Of a DNA stretch of 64,000 bases, positions 59,383-64,000 are shown one piece after another. This DNA is from Myxococcota bacterium. GTDB taxonomy: Bacteria; Myxococcota_C; UBA6777. Numbering within the stretch: position 1 is the first letter of the stretch; every line of letters starts with the position of its first letter. The notes beneath the pieces were generated by a model. The model made no database searches and was not told the origin of the DNA. It saw only the letters and a list, made by a program, of their open reading frames with translations. The stretch is taken from positions 1-64,000 of the forward strand of contig JAKLKB010000002.1 in assembly GCA_023150835.1 (NCBI GenBank), read 5' to 3'. A program made the position numbers and the translations under genes.

Positions 59383-60932
59383 CGACCGAAACGCCGAAGC
59401 CCTCGGAAGAATCCAACGAATCTCTTTCCACCGACGCTCCGTCGCCTACGTCCCCCCCTGCTTCGGCTCGGGCTGCGCGTTCAACGCCCAACGCGATCCC
59501 CAAAGAAGAACGCACGCAGATCGTGGCAGAACGCGCAGCAGCCGACTCGATGGACGAAGCGCAATTTGCGGTGCGGGTGTTTCCGCGTTGGATGCGGATC
59601 ACGCTGTTGGGGCTTTGTGTGCTGTTGGTGTTGGTGGTTGTGGCCTTGATCCTGTTTGAGCGCAAGTGGTTTGATCCACCCGCCAACCTGACAGACAGCT
59701 ATAGCCGAGAAGCCGTCGGGCATCGGGCTTTTTTTGAAGTGCTAAAGGGACTCAAACTGACGCCGTTGCGTTATCGAAAAGAGCAAGGACTCGACCAAGT
59801 ACGCGCCCCGCTCTTCTTGATCATGCCGGAAGTACTCGGCAGTTTCCAATTGCGAGTCGATCGCATCAAGGATCTCCGAAAACTGCTCGAAAAAAACCCG
59901 TCACAGCTCGAACAAGGGCCACGCCTTCAAAAAGCCATCACCTCTCGTATCCAGCAAGGACTGCATACGGTCGTGATCTTGCCCAAATGGCGGATCGAGA
60001 CCTCGTTTGCGACGCGCACGATGGAAGCCAAGCTGTTGGATCTGGATTTTTTGCGCAGCTACCTTCGCGGGTTCTTGCCAAAAACGCTACCTTCCCCGCG
60101 TATCGGGCGTTTGGATACACGCGATGAACACGCTTGGTCCCAAACCAAAGGTGCTCCCTTGAATACCGATCTGGCCTTTGCGCAGCACTTTTTGTTGGGA
60201 GAAGAACAAGCTCACTCGTCGAGCGAACATACCCACTGGGAGGCGTGGTTGGGCGACGCAAGACAAGCCTTGGTGATCGCCTCCAAACAAAAAACGCCAA
60301 ATGAAGGCCGTTTGTGGATTGTTGCCGATCCTGACCCGATCAGCAACTTTCGGATGGATCGGGCCGATCACAGCTACATTTTTTACGCATTGATCCGAGA
60401 CGGCCTGAAGGCCGACACCGTCATACTCGACGAAGTGTCGCATGGTCACGGCCAGCATCTTTCGCTGCGCGATGAGTTGGCGCGTTTTCCCAACATCTTG
60501 TTGTCGATCCACGCTTGTTTGTTGTTGTTGTTGGCGGCTTGGTTGGGATGGGTGCGCTTTGGAGTGCCGTTGCTGCCGCGACCGCACCCGCTACGCGGTC
60601 CCAAAGAGATGCTTGCGATCACGTCTCGCGTGTTGGCGGATGGCAAGCGTCGCCCCGCGCTGGTCTCTTCGTATCTGCTGTGTTTGTTGGAGGATATCGC
60701 CCAGCTACTCGATCTCAAAAAAGGCTCGCTGCTTCAGCGATGCGAGGCGATCGATCGTTGGTGTGCTTCGCGCAATCTGCCCGAAGAAGCCGTCTCGCTA
60801 TATCGAACAGCGATGGGCCTTCGTTCCAAAGAGAAGGCCGGTGAGACGGGGCTATTACGCAATGCCCAGCGGGCGTGGTCTTTGCGCAAACAGATCCTTG
60901 AAAAGCGTTTGCGTAGTGTGCGTGCGCGTTGA
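59379..60932 (+). CDS. DUF4350-like membrane protein
   Basis: SYSREAVGHRAF, VADPDPISN, LDEVSHG and W...RFG motifs; 4-bp overlap with the upstream gene. Confidence 0.7.
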   Translation: MTTETPKPSEESNESLSTDAPSPTSPPASARAARSTPNAIPKEERTQIVAERAAADSMDEAQFAVRVFPRWMRITLLGLCVLLVLVVVALILFERKWFDPPANLTDSYSREAVGHRAFFEVLKGLKLTPLRYRKEQGLDQVRAPLFLIMPEVLGSFQLRVDRIKDLRKLLEKNPSQLEQGPRLQKAITSRIQQGLHTVVILPKWRIETSFATRTMEAKLLDLDFLRSYLRGFLPKTLPSPRIGRLDTRDEHAWSQTKGAPLNTDLAFAQHFLLGEEQAHSSSEHTHWEAWLGDARQALVIASKQKTPNEGRLWIVADPDPISNFRMDRADHSYIFYALIRDGLKADTVILDEVSHGHGQHLSLRDELARFPNILLSIHACLLLLLAAWLGWVRFGVPLLPRPHPLRGPKEMLAITSRVLADGKRRPALVSSYLLCLLEDIAQLLDLKKGSLLQRCEAIDRWCASRNLPEEAVSLYRTAMGLRSKEKAGETGLLRNAQRAWSLRKQILEKRLRSVRAR

Positions 60933-60996
60933 TCCATCGTGTCGATCCTCAGCGTTGATCCATCGCGTTGATCCTGATCCATAGCGTTGATCCATC
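60926..60996. repeat. Short (about 13 bp) GATC-containing tandem repeats
   Basis: GCGTTGATCCATC-like unit about 5 times between DUF4350 and moxR. Confidence 0.75.
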
Positions 60997-61010
60997 AATG
61001 GAGAGAGAAG

Positions 61011-61967
61011 ATGTATGTAGAGCAGTTTCCGAGTTATTTGCGCCAGCTGCAGGATTCCGTGGGGCGGGTGGTCTACGGAGTCGAAGAGCAGACACGTTCG
61101 GCGATCATCGCTTGGATGGTACGTGGCCACTTGTTGCTTGAGGGGCCGCCCGGAGTTGCCAAGACGCTGTTTGTGCGGACATTGGCGCAATGTTTGGGCC
61201 TCAACACGCGACGTTTGCAGTGTACGCCCGATCTGATGCCGGGGGATGTGTTGGGGGCCAACATCTTCGATTTTAAGACACAGTCCTTTCAGCTTACAAA
61301 AGGTCCGATCTTTACGGACTTTTTGCTTGCGGACGAGATCAATCGCACCCCACCGAAAACGCAATCGGCGTTGTTGGAGGCCATGCAAGAGCGATCGGTG
61401 ACGATCGACGGTGTGACGCATGGCCTTCCTTCGTGCTTTTTGGTGATGGCGACACAAAACCCTCTTGAACACGAAGGAACCTATCCTTTGCCCGAAGCCC
61501 AGCTTGACCGCTTTTTGTTTAAGCTCGAAGTCACCTATCCACCGATCGAATCGGAAGTGCAGGCGGTATTGGCGCATTGCGACGGTGGGGGGATGCCGAA
61601 CCCCGCCAAGATGGGGTTGACACCGCTGCTTGCGCGTGAAGAGTTGATGAGCTTACACACGCTTCCGTCGCAGGTTCGGGTGGAACCGATGATGGCGCGT
61701 TATGCGGTGGAGCTTGCGCGAGCGACCCGCCAACACCAAGCCTTGGCCTTTGGGATCTCTCCGCGTGCGGCCACGATGTTGATTGCAGCGGCCCGTGCCA
61801 ACGCGCTGTGCGAGGGCCGAACGTTCATTGTCCCTGACGATGTCAAGACCTTGTTTTTGCCCGCAACACGCCATCGCGTCGCGCTATCCGCTTCCGCCGA
61901 GATGGAAGGACTGTTGTTGCCCGATATCTTAAAAGAGATCCTCGAAAGTGTCCCCGTTCCTCGCTAA
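61011..61967 (+). CDS. moxR: MoxR family AAA+ ATPase
   Basis: LLEGPPGVAKT, TPDLMPGD, LADEINRTPPKTQSALLEAMQE and EGTYPLPEAQLDRF motifs. Confidence 0.96.
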   Translation: MYVEQFPSYLRQLQDSVGRVVYGVEEQTRSAIIAWMVRGHLLLEGPPGVAKTLFVRTLAQCLGLNTRRLQCTPDLMPGDVLGANIFDFKTQSFQLTKGPIFTDFLLADEINRTPPKTQSALLEAMQERSVTIDGVTHGLPSCFLVMATQNPLEHEGTYPLPEAQLDRFLFKLEVTYPPIESEVQAVLAHCDGGGMPNPAKMGLTPLLAREELMSLHTLPSQVRVEPMMARYAVELARATRQHQALAFGISPRAATMLIAAARANALCEGRTFIVPDDVKTLFLPATRHRVALSASAEMEGLLLPDILKEILESVPVPR

Positions 61968-61994
61968 ACCACCTTCGAGGCAGGAGCTTTTCTG

Positions 61995-63305
61995 ATGAGA
62001 CCTTCTCCTTGGCTGGTTCGGCTTTTTTCGTTGGGACTGGTGTTTTCGCTCTTGCCGATCTTGTTTGCCCATGCGCTGTGGCCGTTGGTGGTGGGGATGT
62101 GGGCGTTGCTGTTGGGTGGAGCGCTCTTGGATGGGGTTGCACTCGCCAACCGCCGCGCAAGGCTTGACGTCCAGCAGCCCGCCCAAGCTTATGTGAGCGA
62201 GCCGATCGCGTTTCGCTTTACGCTGCACTGGCCGAAGAAACGGCGTTTGCGTGCGCGGTGGTGGGCAGAAACGCAAGCTCCGTTGGAGCAAGGTGAGGCT
62301 GTGACGCGGTGGATCGAATCCGAAGAAACACAGTTTTCGATCGATCTGATCGCACCGCGCCGAGGCGAGGGGCAACTGTTGGCGCTGTGGGCAGAGATCC
62401 GAGGTCCATTGGGTCTATTTGAGCGGGTGCAGCGCTTTTCGCTCGATCTGTCCCCGTTGCCGATCTTGCCGAGTCTACCTCACGTTCGGCGACTGGCCTT
62501 GCAACACTTTGGGCTGTGGCAATACCGCGAAGGCATTCGGATCGAACGGCTGCCGGGGGATGGAAGTGAGTTTGATGCACTTGAGAAATATTCTCCCGGC
62601 CATGATCTCCGAAGCATCGACTGGAAAGCATCGGCGCGTCACCAAAGCCTGTTGGTACGGCGCTTTCGGGTCGAACGCAATCAACGTGTGGTATTTTGCC
62701 TTGATACGGGGCATCTGATGGCCGACGATCTCCAAGGCATGCAACGGCTCGATCACGCCATCCACACGAGCCTTTTGTTGGGGCATTTTGCCCTGCGAGC
62801 GGGGGATCTTGTGGGCTTGCATTCTTATGCCGAAGCGCCAAAGTCTTGGTTGCCGCCCAAAAATGGGATCAAAAACTTTCACCGTATGCACCTTGCTTGC
62901 GCGGCGCTGCGCTCGACAGCGATCGAAACCAACCATGTGCGGGGGCTTCATCACTTGCTTGCCCAACTCAACCGCCGCACGTTGATCGTGTTGTTCACGG
63001 AATTTACAGGCACCACGACCGCCGAACTGATGCTCGAAACCGTCGGTCATCTGGTGCAAAAGCATCTTGTGATCTTTGTCGCGCTCGAAGATCCCGCGTT
63101 GGATCGGCCCTTAGAGAAAAAGCCCGAAGATGCCGAAGATATGGCTCGCGCCCTTGTATCCGTCGATATGCGCCAAGAACGTCAAGCGGTGTTGTTGCGC
63201 CTCCAACGCATGGGCGTTCACGTCGTCCAAGGTTCGGTCGATATCTCAGCGGCCAAACTGGTTCAACGCTATCTTGAGATCAAACGCCGCCAGCTTCTCG
63301 GATAA
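61995..63305 (+). CDS. DUF58 domain protein
   Basis: GSEFDALEKYSPGHDLRSIDWKASAR, LDTGHLM and RRTLIVLFT motifs. Confidence 0.92.
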   Translation: MRPSPWLVRLFSLGLVFSLLPILFAHALWPLVVGMWALLLGGALLDGVALANRRARLDVQQPAQAYVSEPIAFRFTLHWPKKRRLRARWWAETQAPLEQGEAVTRWIESEETQFSIDLIAPRRGEGQLLALWAEIRGPLGLFERVQRFSLDLSPLPILPSLPHVRRLALQHFGLWQYREGIRIERLPGDGSEFDALEKYSPGHDLRSIDWKASARHQSLLVRRFRVERNQRVVFCLDTGHLMADDLQGMQRLDHAIHTSLLLGHFALRAGDLVGLHSYAEAPKSWLPPKNGIKNFHRMHLACAALRSTAIETNHVRGLHHLLAQLNRRTLIVLFTEFTGTTTAELMLETVGHLVQKHLVIFVALEDPALDRPLEKKPEDAEDMARALVSVDMRQERQAVLLRLQRMGVHVVQGSVDISAAKLVQRYLEIKRRQLLG

Positions 63306-63358
63306 GACAAGCCGATCGTGCGGCGAAAAGCAGACAAGACGGGCTTGTGGGTGTTGTC

Positions 63359-63483
63359 TTGTGGGGTTTCACCCCACACCCCACAAGGGGCCGAAGTCCC
63401 CTTGACCCCGTATTGGCGGAGAGAGCAGACATTTTTTAAACCAACAGCACCGCCGCTTGACAGGACGCGAACACGGTTTTTTC
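63359..63483 (-). repeat. Family D structured repeat
   Basis: GTGGGGTTTCACCCCACACCCCACAAGGGGCCGAAGTCCCCTTGACCCCGTATTGGCG..CGCTTG..CGAACACGGTTTTT. Confidence 0.8.
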
Positions 63484-63491
63484 TCGACTAT

Positions 63492-64000
63492 ATGGAAGAA
63501 AAAAAGATGGATACCAACCAATCCCCTACATCCTCCGCCCCTTCGACGCCGCGTTCCGTTCAATTTCGCAAAGAACGCGAAGCCTCTTGGCGAGAGCTTG
63601 AAGATATCGTTGAGCGTGTCCAAAACAAAAGCCTTTCGAGCCTTGATGATCGAGACCTTCAACGCTTGCCTTTGCTGTACCGCGAAGCCATGAACAGTCT
63701 TTCTGTGGCCCGCGCCACAGCCTTGGATCGCTTGCTGATCCGTTATCTCGAAGCGTTGTGTTCGCAAAGCTACCTTGCGATCTACGGTGCGCGCCGCCCA
63801 AGCCGTCGGATGCTGTGGGCTTTGTTTGTCGCAGTCCCGTTGGAGATCCGCAAAGCCTCACGCGAGCTGTTGTTGGCGATCTTGTTCTTTGCTGCGGGGA
63901 TCGCGGTGGCATGGTCACTTGTGGATCGCGATCCGCAATGGTTTCATGTGTTCGTCTCTCCGCAAATGGCCGCTGGTCGGACGCCTTGGGCCACGACCGA
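63492..64000 (+). CDS. SpoIIM / DUF95-type membrane protein, truncated by the window edge
   Basis: Own translation (not in the ORF track): ...SVQFRKEREASWRELE...LPLLYREAMNSLSVARATALDRLLIRYLEAL...; usual neighbour of DUF58/MoxR. Confidence 0.8.
   Translation, partial: MEEKKMDTNQSPTSSAPSTPRSVQFRKEREASWRELEDIVERVQNKSLSSLDDRDLQRLPLLYREAMNSLSVARATALDRLLIRYLEALCSQSYLAIYGARRPSRRMLWALFVAVPLEIRKASRELLLAILFFAAGIAVAWSLVDRDPQWFHVFVSPQMAAGRTPWATT

Overview
Chromosomal window of a moderately GC-rich bacterium whose gene content (Cys-rich MXAN_6577-like giant protein, LRR, NHL and LysM proteins) suggests Myxococcota; this assignment is inference only. About 43 genes are supported. They include a menaquinone (o-succinylbenzoate route) cluster menB-aroF-menG-menF-menD-menA-menC-menE with a detached menH, plus ppa, glpT, an ALDH7-type dehydrogenase, a stand-alone lysine-ketoglutarate reductase, a cNMP-AspA fusion, holA and a DUF4129/DUF4350/MoxR/DUF58/SpoIIM operon. 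No rRNA, tRNA or CRISPR array was seen. The most unusual signal is intergenic. At least four distinct MITE-like families (here A, B, C, G; target duplications of 3, 9, 11 and 5 bp read directly from the sequence) carry REP-like GC hairpins as cargo and insert into those same hairpins, producing nested stacks (best example 14727-15775). An IS4-like transposase remnant and the start of a probable IS4 element at the left edge link family C to a parent IS. Many housekeeping genes also carry in-frame tandem-repeat insertions. All product calls come from motif recognition, not database searches.
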